Notes: generated by a model not told the origin, from the sequence alone. 64,000 nucleotides of DNA from Dictyostelium discoideum (GCA_000004695.1 CM000150.2:2080001-2144000), one strand, 5' to 3'. Positions 36,146 to 52,590 are shown, counted from the stretch's first letter. Program-made: numbers and translations.

Positions 36146-36938
36146 TTTAATTTATTATTTTCAATATATGTGTTTTATTTATTTTCTTTCTTTTTTTATT
36201 TTTTTTATATTTAATTTCTTTATTCTTTTTTTATGAAAAACACACACAAATTAATCTTATCTCTTTTTTTTCAGAATATTTTTTTATTTGAAAAGTTAAA
36301 AAAAAAAAAAAAATTAAATTAAAAAGGGAACTAAACTTGTAAGAGACAATTTTAATAAAATAAAAAAAATAAAAAAAAAAAATAAAAAAAAAAAAAAATT
36401 ATTGACGAAAATAAAAAAATAAAAAAAAATTAAAAAAAATTAATTTTTTTTTTTGGCGAAAGTTATTTCAAATAAATAGTTTTTGGATCAAAATAAATAT
36501 ATATTTTAATTCCAAAAAAAATAAAAAAAAATAAAAAAAATAAAAATAAAAATAAAAAAAAAAAAATATTGATTTCTTGGTTTCATTAACGACCTTTTTA
36601 TATTTTCAATTAAATCTCATTCTATTTCAATACCAAACACACATTTTATTTAAAATCTAAAATAATCGAAGTAATATGTTAAAATAAAAAAAAAATAAAA
36701 AAATATTTTAATTAAAAAAAAAAAAAGTAATAATAATAATAATTTTCCTAATAATTATTCATTATAATTTATTCCATATAAATTATCAAGTTCAAATAAC
36801 TTAAAATTCCAGAATATAGATTTTATTTTTTTTTTTTTTATTTTTTTTTTTTTTTTTCTTTTTTTTTTTTTATTTTTTTTATTTTATTTTTTTTTTTTTT
36901 TTATTTTTAAAACTTTTAATCAAAAAATAAAAATAAAA

Positions 36939-36992
36939 ATGGCAGATATTGAAGATTATGGTATTTTTTTTAAATTAATTAAAAAAGATTCA

Positions 36993-37049
<57 letters not shown>

Positions 37050-38255
37050 GTATTTTTTAAAGTTTGGAGAAATGTTGTATTAAAATTAAATATATTAGGA
37101 AAATTAAGATTATTAAAGGAAAATTATAAAAAGTCATTCTCAAGTTTTAGTGAATTGGATAATTATATATATAAGGATTATATTTCAATTATTTATTTAA
37201 GTGAAAATAAAAATTCAATAAATCTAAGTAAATTACCACACTCAATTACAAAATTACACTTTAAATATGATTTTAATAAACCAATTATTTCAATCTCAAA
37301 TAAAGCAACAAATTTAACAACAATAATCTTTGGTGAATCTTTTAATAATTCATTATGTAATTTACCATTATCTTTAACAAATTTAAAATTTGGTAATAAT
37401 TTTAATCAACCTATAGGAAATAGTAATATTAATAGTAAATTATTACCAGATTCAATTAAAACACTTGAATTTGGTGATGATTTCAATCAACCATTATCAT
37501 CATCATCATCACCATCATCCTCTTTAATTTATTTACCATCATCTTTAACATTTTTAAAATTTGGTAATAAATTCAATCAAAGATTAAATATTGGTGACTT
37601 TTTATTATTACCACCAACAATAGTTCATTTGGAATTTGGTAATCAATTTTACAATGGTCATGAAACAAATACATCAATTGACTTTAATCAAAATTTTATA
37701 CCAAATAGTGTTACATCAATTGTTGTTGGTGATTTTTTCAATAATAGTTTTCAACATGATCTTGATGGTGGTGATGGTGGTGGTGGTATTGAATCACTAT
37801 ATAAAAATAAAAATATAACTTCATTTAGTTATTGTCCAAATTTTAATAAACCAATAACACCAAATTCAATTCCTGAAACAACAATATTTTTAAAATTCTC
37901 TGCAAGATTTAATCAAATAATTAAATATGGTGATATTCCAAATAGAGTAAAATATATTACGTTTGGAAATGATTTCAATTTACCATTAATTAGAAATGAT
38001 GATAGTAATAATAATAATATTAGTGTATTACCACCATCAATAACTGATATTGAATTTGGTAAATATTATAATCAACCATTTCAACGTGGTTTAATTGGTG
38101 AAAATGTAAAATCAATTAAGTTTGGTCAAAACTTTAATAAACTATTAAAACCAGGTGATATTCCAAGTTCTGTAACATCTTTAAAATTTAACTCTTTTCA
38201 TAGACAATCAAGTCATGTAATTCCATCCACTGTTACCTCATTAATATATGAATAA
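36939..38255 (+). CDS. FNIP-repeat protein (438 aa)
   Basis: Uninterrupted ORF. Classical FNIP repeats such as LKFGNNFNQPIGNS..LPDSIKTLEFGDDFNQPLS..LPSSLTFLKFGNKFNQRL.., and a poly-N tract after the N-terminus. Confidence 0.75.
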
Positions 38256-38442
38256 ACACTGATATTTAAAAAAAGTATATTTTTTTTTTTTTTTTTATTA
38301 ATTATACATAAAAAAACATATTATTATTATATTATATTATATTATTTATTATTATAAATTTGGAATTATATTTTACTAGATTATCTCCATGAATCACTTT
38401 GGTAACTTGAGCTGTTGTTGTTATTTTTAGCACCAATACCCC

Positions 38443-38482
<40 letters not shown>

Positions 38483-38569
38483 AATTTTAAAAGAAAAATT
38501 AGTATTTTATAAAGTAATAATAATAATAATTTATAATTTATAATTATTATAATAATAATAATAACTTAC

Positions 38570-39262
38570 TTTAGCTCTCATTTCATCTCTACGTCTATCA
38601 GTGATTGGAGTACGAGAAACCAAACGTTCAGTTTCATCATCTTGAATGTTATGATAGTGTTTATCTTTCTTTCTTCTACAACAACAACAACAAAGGCAAA
38701 TAAAGAAGAAGACAATAATTAAGAAGGCACCACCAGCAGCAATTAAAATTGCCCAACGACCTTGAATTTTACATTGCATCCACATGAAATCTTTACAGGC
38801 ACCATTGATATTTAATGGTTTAGTACCATAGAATGTACCTTCAGTGCAAATACCTTCTGATCCACACCAAACACATCCTTTATCTTCTCTACAATCACCA
38901 CATGAAGTGTATTCACCACAACCAGTGTTATCTGTTGAATTACTTACACCACTGCTACTTCCATTAATACTACTTGTGAGTGAGTATTGATGATCAATTT
39001 CTGAACTATTTACAACTGTTTTTTTTTTAAAATAAAAATAAAAATAAAAATATTTATTAGTAAAAAAAGGATACAGAGGTTTTTTTTTTTTTTTTTTTGT
39101 TTTGTTTTGTGTTGTCGTTTTTTTTTTTTTTTTTTTTTTTTTAGTTTTTGTTTTATTTTTTTTATTTTTAGTTTTTTTTTATTTTTTATTTTTAAATAAT
39201 AAAAACATACAGGTTAAAAAAACAGTTAAACATAAAAAGAAACCAATAATGAATTTATTCAT
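38570..39262 (-). CDS. Small type I membrane protein with a PSI (plexin-semaphorin-integrin) domain. Exons 39211..39262 and 38570..39015, plus a possible short terminal exon near 38380..38445
   Basis: Signal peptide MNKFIIGFFLCLTVFLT, then a GTATGT donor and the acceptor AACAG. PSI domain CGEYTSCGDCREDKGCVWCGSEGICTEG, TM helix WAILIAAGGAFLIIVFFFICL, then a Cys-rich/basic tail ...DRRRDEMRAK and a GTAAGT donor. A possible last exon reads WGIGAKNNNNSSSYQSDSWR*. Confidence 0.55.
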
Positions 39263-39745
39263 TTTTGTTTTATATTTGTTATAAATAAAAATTTAAATGG
39301 GAAAAAAAAAAAATAAAAATTAAAAAAAAATTAAAAATTAAAAATTAAAAAATAAAAAAGTTTTTATGTGGTTGGAAAAAATAAAAAATAAAAAAAATTA
39401 AATAAAAAATAAAAAATAAAAAAAAAAAAAAAAATAAAAAAACAGAAAAAAAGTCTTTTTTTTGAGATATTTATTTTCCTCAAAAAAATAGGTAAAAGAA
39501 ATTTAATTAGTTTTTTGTTTTTTTTTTTAAATAATTATTACTATTAAATTCCTAAAATTTAAAATATTGATATTCTTAATACTCAAAAAAATAAAAAAAA
39601 TAAAAAAAAATAAAAAAAAAATAATAAAACAATTTATTTAAATAAAGCTAGTAAATTTTCCTACTTATTTCATTTTTTTAAATTTCACCCAAACATTATT
39701 TTTTTTTTTTTTTCAAAACGTCATCACACACCACACACCCACAAT

Positions 39746-39793
<48 letters not shown>

Positions 39794-39908
39794 TTTATTT
39801 TTTTTTTTTTTTTGATTGGAAAAAAAAAAGATACCCAAAACCATAATTATGTTTGAGGCTATATCTATTAAGATTTTTATCTCTTTAAAAAATAGGTTTA
39901 TTTTTTTC

Positions 39909-39945
<37 letters not shown>

Positions 39946-40273
39946 AAAAATTTAATACTCAAAAAACCAAAAAACTCAAAAATTGAATGGTTTGGTGAAA
40001 ATCCAAACTGATTATTATTATCATAAGGTTACATTCCCAAAAAAATTTATAACAATTTTTCTAGTTTTCAAAATTATATATATCTTCAAAAAATAAAAAA
40101 ATAAAAAAATAAAAGTTTTTATTATTTATTTGTATAAAATGAGTTTAAAAAAAAAAAAATAAAATAAAAAAAAAATTAAAGAAAATAATAATAATAATAG
40201 TAATAATAATAATTACCCCATCCGACTGATGAGATCAAATAGATATAGATAATTTCGATCACTAAATTTTTCC

Positions 40274-40322
<49 letters not shown>

Positions 40323-40421
40323 AAGAATATAAATAGAATTAAAACCAAGTTTTTTTTTCTTATAATTATTTTTTTTTTTATTGTTATTGCTATTTTTTTT
40401 TTTTTAATAAATAAGATATGT

Positions 40422-40465
<44 letters not shown>

Positions 40466-40473
40466 GTTAATTG

Positions 40474-41175
40474 TTATAATTTTACATTTGAACCTTGATT
40501 AACATCATTTGAGATACCAAAAAACAATTGTTCTGAAGCAGTTACAATGGCGGATAATCCATTCAATTGATCTTCATTTGATAATTTCCTTTTAAAAGAA
40601 CCAATTCCTACATTGGTCATCCTAGAGTTTTGATATGCTGGTGATGGTACATACTCTGAAATATTATAGTTATTATAACTACTATAGTAATTGTAACCAT
40701 TATTTTCAGTGGAATCCTTTGATGATGATAATTTATCAATATTATTATTATTATTATAATTATTTATGTTAAATGTTGGTGGGAAACCTTCTAATGCTGT
40801 ATTATTATTATTATTATTATTAATTAACTTATCATTATGATTTATTGATTGAAGATTTGGTGAGAGATTAGTTGGAGTATTAGTGGCAGATGAAAAATTT
40901 AGTGATTCTGATGATATTGTTGGTGATGTGGTTGTGGTTGTAGTAGTAGTAGTAGTAGTTGTTGAAGGTATTGGTGGAGAAGATGAAGATAATAGTGATG
41001 ATAAGAATGAAGATGATGAAGATGATGATTGTGATGAAAAAGAAGATGGTCTTGATAATGGTAAAGAATCATCTTGTTGTGAATTTGATTGTGATGAAAA
41101 TGAAGATGGTCTTGATAATGGTAAATGATCATCTTTTTGTTGTTGTTGTTGTATTATTTGTTGTTGTTGTATTAT

Positions 41176-41213
<38 letters not shown>

Positions 41214-42457
41214 GATTTGAAGATTCATTTAATAACATATTAATAGAGATATTTTTTTCTTTAACAGCCAATGCTTTCTCTTTACTAACTATATTTGCAA
41301 ATCTAATACCACAAGCATTACATAACGATTTACAACCATCGGGACCTCTACGCCATTGTGATGTTTGAGTTTCACCACATGAATGACAATATAATGAATC
41401 TAAAAATGGTGCAGGTGCTCTTGGTCTTCTTTTTCTTTTATTATTAGAAACACCATCTTCACTTATAATTTTTATTGATGTTGATGCTGTTGATATTGAT
41501 GTTTGTTGTGGTATATTATTATTATTATTATTAGTGGTGGTAGTAGTAGTATTTGATGGTGATGGTGGTATAGTAGTAGTTGTAGCAGTAGTAGAAGTAT
41601 TAGTAGTGGTTGGAGTAGTTTGTTGTAATAAATTAACTTTTTGACTGATTTGTTGATTAATTTGTTGTAATTCATTCAATTGTTGTTGATAGTATTGTTG
41701 TTGTAATTGTTGTAATTTCATTTGTTGTTCATCATATATATCAGTGGTAGTATTGGTTGAAGCAGTAGCACTACCTTTACTAGTTTGTTGCTTTTTATAT
41801 GATTTACAATTATTATTATTATTATTATTATTGCTATTATTATTTATAGTATTAATATTACTACTTAAAATACTAAAAAAATTATTACCACTTGTAGGTG
41901 GTGGTGGTTGTTGTGATTGTTGTGGTGGTGATATTATTATTGGTTGAGTATTATTTTCAAAAATTTTTGAAATATTTATAGTTTTTGAAAATTGTAATAA
42001 AGATTTTAATGATTCTTTATTTGATGGATCTGTTATAATTTGTTGAAATTCTGATTTTGTATTATTATTATTATTATTAATTGGTGGTTCATTTAAAAAC
42101 CTATATAAATAACTTTGATTTGAATATTGCGTCGTAAAATTTTCAATCATTAAAAATATCATTAATGATTTTTCAAATATACCTGATAAATCATAGCTAC
42201 TTGATGATATATCACTTAAAATTAATGATGATGATGAATTAACTTCATAACTATATTGTTGAATCTATAAAATAATAAATAAAAATAATAAAACGAATTA
42301 ATTAAAAATAAAAATAAAAAAAAAAAAAAAAAAATTTTAAAAAAAAAAAAATAAAATAAAATAAAATAAAAATTACTTTTTTCCAAATTAATTTATAATT
42401 TGGATTACTACATATTGAATTTGATGGAATGTATTTCAATGCCTCTTGAAATTCCAT
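40474..42457 (-). CDS. GATA-type zinc-finger transcription factor (about 623 aa). Exons 42377..42457 and 40474..42264
   Basis: CHSCGETQTSQWRRGPDGCKSLCNACGIRF is the GATA finger (C-x2-C-x17-C-x2-C with the TxxWR and LCNACG motifs). A KRKRRPR basic region precedes it, with poly-Q/N/T low complexity elsewhere. Proposed first exon MEFQEALKYIPSNSICSNPNYKLIWKK, then a GTAATT donor and the acceptor TTTTATAG. Confidence 0.7.
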
Positions 42458-42534
42458 CTTATCTTTATTTTTTTTATTTTATTTTGTGAAAGTAGTGCAA
42501 AAAAAAAAAGAGGAAAAAAAAATAAAAAATAAAA

Positions 42535-42573
<39 letters not shown>

Positions 42574-42676
42574 ATTTTTATTTTTTTTTTATTTTATTTT
42601 ATTTTTTATTTTTTATTTTTTTTTTTTTTAATTAAATTAATTAAAATATTTAGCCAAGGGCTCCTTTTTTCGAGAC

Positions 42677-42710
<34 letters not shown>

Positions 42711-43064
42711 TATAAATATTTCCCAGCTATTTTTCTTTTTTGAGCTTAAGAATTTTAAAAAAAAAAAAATTTTAAAGAAAACAAAAAAATCGTGTGATTT
42801 TTAATTTTCCCATGGGTGTCAAAAAATAATAACAATAAGTTTGGATATTTATTAAAAAAAATAATTGAGATAATAATCCATATCTATTATTATAAAAAAA
42901 AAAAAAATAAAATAAAATAAAAAATAAAATAAGTCCATAAGGTATATATCTTTTTTTTTATTTTGGGCAATTTTATAACAAATTCTTTTTTTTTTTTTTT
43001 TTTTTTTTTTTTGGGATTATAGAAATAAAAAAAAAAAAAAATTTATTATAAAAAATTTATTATA

Positions 43065-43099
<35 letters not shown>

Positions 43100-43317
43100 T
43101 ATAATCATTTTATATATATTTATAAATTAATAATAATAATAATATTATTATTATCATAATTATTATATTATTTTTTTTTATATTTTTTTCATTTTTTTTA
43201 TTTTATTTTTTTTTTTTTTTTTCAAAAACCAAAAATTTTTTTTTTTTTTTTTTTTTTTTTTATAAAAAAATTATTTTTAAACTCAAATCACACACACAAA
43301 TACATATAAATAAAACC

Positions 43318-44574
43318 ATGGTTATTAAAGATTTATCACCACACAATAATTCGTTAAGAAAGAAATATTTAGATTTAATAGATTATGGTAATAAAAATCC
43401 TTTAACAGTTGATCCAAATTTATACCAATTAAGAAAAACCATATTATTAGAAGGTTTACCACCCGAAACCGAAGAAGAAATAGAAGATAGAACCAAACAA
43501 GATGGTTCAAAATGTAGTTTAAGAGGTATGATTTGGAAAATATTATTAGGTGTTGATAAAATACAACCTGATAAATATATAGAATTAATTGAAAAAGGTC
43601 CTTCAAATAGGGTATGTTTATTATTATTTTATTGTTATACTATTGTGTATATACACATACACACACTTATTATTATTATTATTATTATTATAGTATCAAA
43701 AGATTAGAAAAGATATTGGTAGAACATTTAATAGGGATTCACAATTTAGTCAAGCAGTATCACAAGATCAATTATCAAGATGTTTAAATGCATTTGCACA
43801 TCAATGTGAAGAATTAGGATATGTTCAAGGAATGAATGCAATTTGTGGTACATTTTTATATGTTTTACCAGAGGTTGAGGCTTTTCAATGTTTTTATTCA
43901 CTATTAACTCAATGTTGTCCAAACTATTTCACATCAAATATATCTGGTGTAAATGATGCTTCAAAATTATTAGATAGAATTTTAGAATTTGTTGATCCAG
44001 AATTATATGAATATTTACAAAATAGAAGTTATCATCCACTTTTATTTACACCACGTATGTTATTATTAATTATTATTAATTATTAAATATTTTTTATTAT
44101 ATATATTAATTTTAATTTTAATTTTTAGCAATATTAAGTTTAGGTACAGCAACACCACCATTAGATGAATTATTAAAATTATGGGATTTCTTTTTAGCAT
44201 TTGGATTTCATTTAAATGTAATTTGTACAATTTCTCAAATTTTATTAATGAGAGATGTATTATTAGTACATCAATCACCTTGTTTATTATTTAGATCATT
44301 TCCAGAATTAGATGCACCAACTATTATAAATTTATCAATACACATTATTCGTCAATTACCTGATGATATCTATGATCTATTAGTTGATCATCCAATGACA
44401 AGTGTAGATTTAACGCCATTTGATAGAGATCCAAATAATTTAAATAGTTTCAATGGTAGTGGAGAGTTTGATAATGATAATGATAATGACAATGGTAATC
44501 AGGATGAAGAAGATGATGATGATGATGATATTGACGATGGCCATAATGATTATTTTAATGACAATGATGAATAA
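43318..44574 (+). CDS. TBC-domain Rab GTPase-activating protein (about 366 aa). Exons 43318..43611, 43694..44054, 44129..44574
   Basis: RGMIWKILLGV...; the arginine finger IRKDIGRTF and the glutamine finger YVQGMN of TBC domains; acidic C-terminus. GTATGT donors at 43612 and 44055; acceptors AG at 43692-43693 and 44127-44128. Confidence 0.75.
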
Positions 44575-44706
44575 TATCAATATAAATAAATAAAATAAAA
44601 TAAAATATATATAAATTGTAATAATATAGAGACAAAGGTAAAAAAATAAAAAATAAAAAAAATAAAATTGTATTATATAATTTATTATTTTGGTGATTTT
44701 ATTTTA

Positions 44707-45061
44707 TTAAATATCATTTTCAGTATTGTTGTTATTATTATCAGAAGTATCAATTACATCAGTAATGAAAACAGTATTACCAGATGATTCAACTTTTTCT
44801 TTAAATGAATGAATATCAACTACTAATTTTAAGTCAACTTCACCACCACCTAAAAATACAGGTACACCTCTTGGTAAATCCATAATATGTTTTGAGATAA
44901 TGATTGGAATTTTAACAGTTGTACCAATTGGACAAACTGCATTATATTCAAATCCAGTTAATGATTCTGCTGATTGTGCTAATGTAAAATGAAATTTCTT
45001 TGCACTTTCATTACTATTCATATTTTTTATAAATTTAAAAATTTTATGACTTTGAATTCTA

Positions 45062-45101
<40 letters not shown>

Positions 45102-45439
45102 CAATTTGAAAATTGTGTGTTAACATTTATTTTATTTTTTATTTTTGTTAGTAAAATTATAAATAAAAATTAAAATATTTCAATTTTAAAAAAAAGATAG
45201 ACACACTACTTACTTTGTTGTATATTGAATAATTACACAATAATATCTACTATTAGTTGGAATTGATGTATCTGTATTTGTACATTCTGTATTTTCTAAA
45301 ATAATACTTTTTAATAAATATTCTGGTGAAAATGCATCTAAATAACTTGCACGTTGGTCTAATGTCCATGTATAATATGGTGATGGTACTCTAACTAATT
45401 CATGTCTATTTATTTGGATATTTATTTTATTTTATTTAA

Positions 45440-45506
<67 letters not shown>

Positions 45507-45744
45507 GAAGGATTAATAAAATAATTAATTGTTGTTTAGAAAATAAAAAAAAAAAAAAAAAAAAAAAAAATGAAAAAAAAAAAACCAATACATACTCCAA
45601 ACCAATTTCTTCACAAACTTTACCAATTCTTTTTTGATTATCTGTTATTATTGAAGGTGGGGTAATATTATTTAATCTTTCTTCAAGTGATTTTAATTTA
45701 TTTAAAATTGAATTTTGTTTTTCTTCTAATTGGTGATTTGACAT
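44707..45744 (-). CDS. ProX/YbaK-like aminoacyl-tRNA deacylase-domain protein (PRORSD1-like). Exons 45596..45744, about 45214..45406, 44707..45058
   Basis: Exon 1 MSNHQLEEKQNSILNKLKSLEERL...GKVCEEIGLE, then a GTATGT donor. Exon 2 HELVRVPSPYYTWTLDQRASYLDAFSPEYLLKSIILENTECT...YYCVIIQYTT, then a GTAAGT donor. Exon 3 KIQSHKIFKFIKNMNSNESAKKFHFTLAQSAESLTGFEYNAVCPIGTTVKIPIIISKHIMDLPRGVPVFLGGGEVDLKLVVDIHSFKEK.... The exon 2 coordinates may be off by 1 nt. Confidence 0.55.
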
Positions 45745-45825
45745 TTTTAAATATATATATATGGTAATATTACTATTTTCTTAAAAAAAAAATAAAAAAA
45801 AAATAAAATAAAAAAAATTAAAATT

Positions 45826-45867
<42 letters not shown>

Positions 45868-45922
45868 AAAAAAATGAAAAAACGAAGGTTTATGGATTTT
45901 TTTTTTTTTTTTTTTATTTTAA

Positions 45923-45953
<31 letters not shown>

Positions 45954-46200
45954 ACACAAACACAAAATAAAAAATGGAATATAATGAAGAAGATTTTGGA
46001 CTTTCAAATATTGGATTAATTGATGATATTAGAGTTAAAGTTAATAAAATCCCAACTGTACAATATACTCCAAAATTTGATAATAAATTAGTAAGTTTTT
46101 AAATTATTATTATTATTATCTTTATTATTTTTATTATTTTTATAAATATTAATAATATTTTTATTTTTATTTTTATTTTTTTTTAAAAATTTAGTGGTTT

Positions 46201-47342
<1,142 letters not shown>

Positions 47343-47557
47343 TCCAAAAAAAAAGAAAAAATCCAAAAAAAAAAGAAAAAATCCAAAAATAAAAGTGAAA
47401 ATCTAAAAAAATATCTTAGATTCTCTTTATCAAATTTACAATTGTTTTTTTTTTTTTTTTTTTTTTTTGAAATTTATTTTTAAAATTTTTATTTTTATTT
47501 TTTTTAATACACCCTTCTTGTTTCTCATAAATATAAGTGTTCATTACACCACCCCTT

Positions 47558-47594
<37 letters not shown>

Positions 47595-47908
47595 ATATAT
47601 TTTTTTATTTTCAATTTTAAACACTTTACAATTGTTTTTTTTTTTATTATTATTATTCATTTTTTTTTTTTTTTTTTTTTTTTATAACTCACAAACCAAT
47701 AATATTTTTTTTTTTTATATTTTTTTTTTTTTTTTTTTATAAAAATATAAAATATGAACATTTATTAAATTTTAATAGGTATACATATAATTAGTAAATA
47801 AATAATTTACAAATACCATCCACACAAACATACAGACACACACACAATACAAATACAATTACAAATATACACAATAAAAAAAAAAAAAAAAATAAAAATA
47901 ATAATAAA

Positions 47909-48143
47909 ATGAAAATTTTACAATCTTTTTTACTTGTGCTACCAATTTTATTTTCAATTTGTTTATTTGTTGCGTCATTAATTACAAATATCGATTTAAA
48001 AACCAAAATTCAAATTAAATCAGTATTTTTTAAATTTACAAAGATTATAAGTATTGGTTTTTATATTTTCCATATAATTTCATGTTTTTATTGGGTATTT
48101 AGTATTGGAGGTGTAAATATTGGAAATAGTTCTATTATTAATT

Positions 48144-48190
<47 letters not shown>

Positions 48191-48811
48191 TATAATTATA
48201 ATAATGAAATAATAAAATATAATGAAATTCAAAATAAATTAACAAGCAATGAATATAATGTTAATAATGAAAATGATGAATTTTTAAAAATGGCAACCAC
48301 ATCATCATCATCATCATCAAATTTACAATTAAAAATGGATTTATCAACATCAACATCATCAACAAAATTATTAATTAATGGTATTAATGATAATGCAAGT
48401 TATAGATACTATTTTAAATTATTAATTCAATCTGTTAAATTTTATCAATTCAATGATACAATTATAATTTTAATACCATTAATATTTGCAGCGATTTCAA
48501 TAATATTTGTATATTTAAAAAATTCATTGGTTAATAGAATTTTATTTATTAAAATCCAAGGATTTAGAAATGAAACACCTGCAGGTTATGATGTTTTAAT
48601 TAGAGTTTTATATATTTTCATGTTTGTTTTCATTTTAATAATTGGTCATTTTGGTAATTTGGTTTGTTTAAAAGTTAATGCTTTTGAAAAAATTGGAATT
48701 TGTAGTTATCATCATAATAATAATAATAGTTTTTGGTATTATCAAGGTTTTATAAATACACTTTATTTAGTATATGGTTATCCTTTATATGAATTGGTTA
48801 ATTTAATTTAA
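47909..48811 (+). CDS. Hypothetical multi-pass membrane protein (300 aa) with poly-N and poly-S inserts
   Basis: Uninterrupted ORF. Several hydrophobic segments (LLVLPILFSICLFVASLI, IISIGFYIFHIISCFYWVFSIGGV, IIILIPLIFAAISIIFVYL, IFMFVFILIIGHFGNLVCL). No conserved domain recognised. Confidence 0.45.
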
Positions 48812-49177
48812 ATTTTAATTAATTATAATAAAAAAAAAAAAATGTATATATAAATAAATGTAAATAATCAATCTAATAATAAATAAATAAAAAATAATAG
48901 ATAATAAAAAAATAAAATAAATGTAAAATAAATGTAAAATAAATAAAAAAAAAAAAATTTAATTATTCTTTTTTTTTTTTTAAAATGCAATATATGGATT
49001 GTTTTTTTTTTTTTTTTTTAATTTATTGAGTAAAAAAATGAAAAAATTAATAATTAATTGAAAAACTTATCAAATTGTAAAAAAAAAAAGTTGGGATTAT
49101 GGTTTAAACCATAATCAGTTTTTAAAAAATAAAATTCTTGTTTTTTTAAGTTTTATTGTTTTTAAGTCAGTTATTTG

Positions 49178-49217
<40 letters not shown>

Positions 49218-49298
49218 AAAAAAATATGATCAAAACAATACCATTTTTGTTTTGGTGTAATATTTAAAACATTTGTGTTTCAGTGTAATATCTAAAAA

Positions 49299-49663
49299 AT
49301 GTCATTTTTATGCTCAGAAAATTCATATCAACAACAAAGTAAAATATCAATTGATATTGACAAATCTCTAAAAAATCATAAATTAAAATTAGAGGAAGAA
49401 ATAAGAGTATTAATTTATGGGCAAAAGAAAGTTGGTGTAACAACACTCTTTAAAACTTTTTTGTTAATGGGTGAAAGCCAAATAACACCTGAAGAATTAA
49501 TGGATAATAGAAATAATGTTTATAAAACTATAATTAACCAATTAAAAAAATTCATTATTATTTCAAATAATTCAAAAATTGAATTAGAAAATAATAATAA
49601 TATTGTAATTATTTATTTTATATTTTAAATTTTATTTTTCCCTACTTTCATAGTTACTAATAA

Positions 49664-49718
<55 letters not shown>

Positions 49719-50540
49719 ATGATAGCAAATGTCAAATTTAATATTGGAATTAGATAGTGAGAATTTTTTATGGAATAAAGAAATTGGAGAAACTTGTTTA
49801 AAACTATGGAATGATTCAGGTATTCAAAAAATATTTCAAAGTCAATTTAGTGAGTTTTTTGGTTATTTCTTTAAACATTTACAACGTATATCAGATGAAA
49901 ACTATACTCCAACACCTCAAGATTTAAATTTTATAAAACTTACTCAAAATGGTATAATTGAAGGTAAATTCACTTTTGAACGTTGTCTTATAAAAATGAT
50001 TGAAATGGGTATACAAACTTCAACTTTAAAGAAATGGATTAACTGTTTTAGTGAAGTCCAAGCCATAATATATGTCATTGATTTATCAGTGTAAGTAATT
50101 ATTTTTTTTTTTAAAAAAAAATAAACAATAATAATTAAAATAATAATAATAATTAAAATAGGTATGATATAGTTGAAAGTGAAGATTGTTCAAAATCAAT
50201 AAATAAATTAGAAAAATCTTTAAATGGGTTTAAAGAAATTATTGAATCAAAATATCTTCATGGTTGTGGAGTGATTGTATTTTTCAATAAAAAGGATATT
50301 TTTAGAGAAAAGTTAAAAACTGTACCATTTAAAACCTATGATAAAGATTACATTGGTGAAAATGATTTTGAATCCACAACAAATTTCATTAAAAATAAAT
50401 TACTTGATTATTATTCAAATCCAAATAAGAATGTCTATTTTTTGATTAATGAAGAATCTGAAGTTGATATTTGTAGGAGTACATTCAATATTTTAAAGGA
50501 TATTGTTCTCAACATAACATATAATTCTGTAAAAAATTAA
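49299..50540 (+). CDS. Heterotrimeric G-protein alpha-subunit family member with degenerate P-loop and switch motifs (about 349 aa). Exons 49299..49604, 49726..50090, 50162..50540
   Basis: The three exons align collinearly with G-alpha. Exon 1 EIRVLIYGQKKVGVTTLFKTFLLMGESQITPEEL... replaces GAGESGKST with GQKKVGVTT. Exon 2 LWNDSGIQKIFQSQFSEFF...NYTPTPQDLNFIKLTQNGIIEGKFTF...KMIEMGIQTSTLKKWINCFSEVQAIIYVIDLS has MIEMGIQTS in place of the DVGGQRSE switch II. Exon 3 VYDIVESED...HGCGVIVFFNKKDIF... retains NKxD. Donors GTAATT at 49605 and GTAAGT at 50091; acceptors AG at 49724-49725 and 50160-50161. Confidence 0.7.
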
Positions 50541-50596
50541 AATAAAAAAATAAAACAAAATTTTAAAAAATAAATAATAGAATAATTTATTAAATT

Positions 50597-50633
<37 letters not shown>

Positions 50634-50760
50634 TGTTTTCTTTTTTTTTTTTTGTTTTTGTTTTTGTTTTTTTCTTTTTTTTTTTTTTTTTTTCTTTTTT
50701 CTTTTTTCTTTTTTTTTTTAATTTTTTTTTTTTTTTTTTTTTTTTCCAGGTTTTGAAAGT

Positions 50761-52590
<1,830 letters not shown>

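Noticed and set aside
38400-38460. Possible third exon of the PSI-domain gene (WGIGAKNNNNSSSYQSDSWR*)
   Set aside because: The acceptor would lie after a 29-nt A-run, which is atypical. I mention it in the feature evidence, but the call is not solid enough for its own feature.
40883-41243. ORFs 40883..41128(+), 40959..41243(+), 40899..41132(-), 41472..41675(-), 41744..41947(+)
   Set aside because: Alternative-frame or antisense readings of the low-complexity Q/T/S-rich GATA factor ORF.
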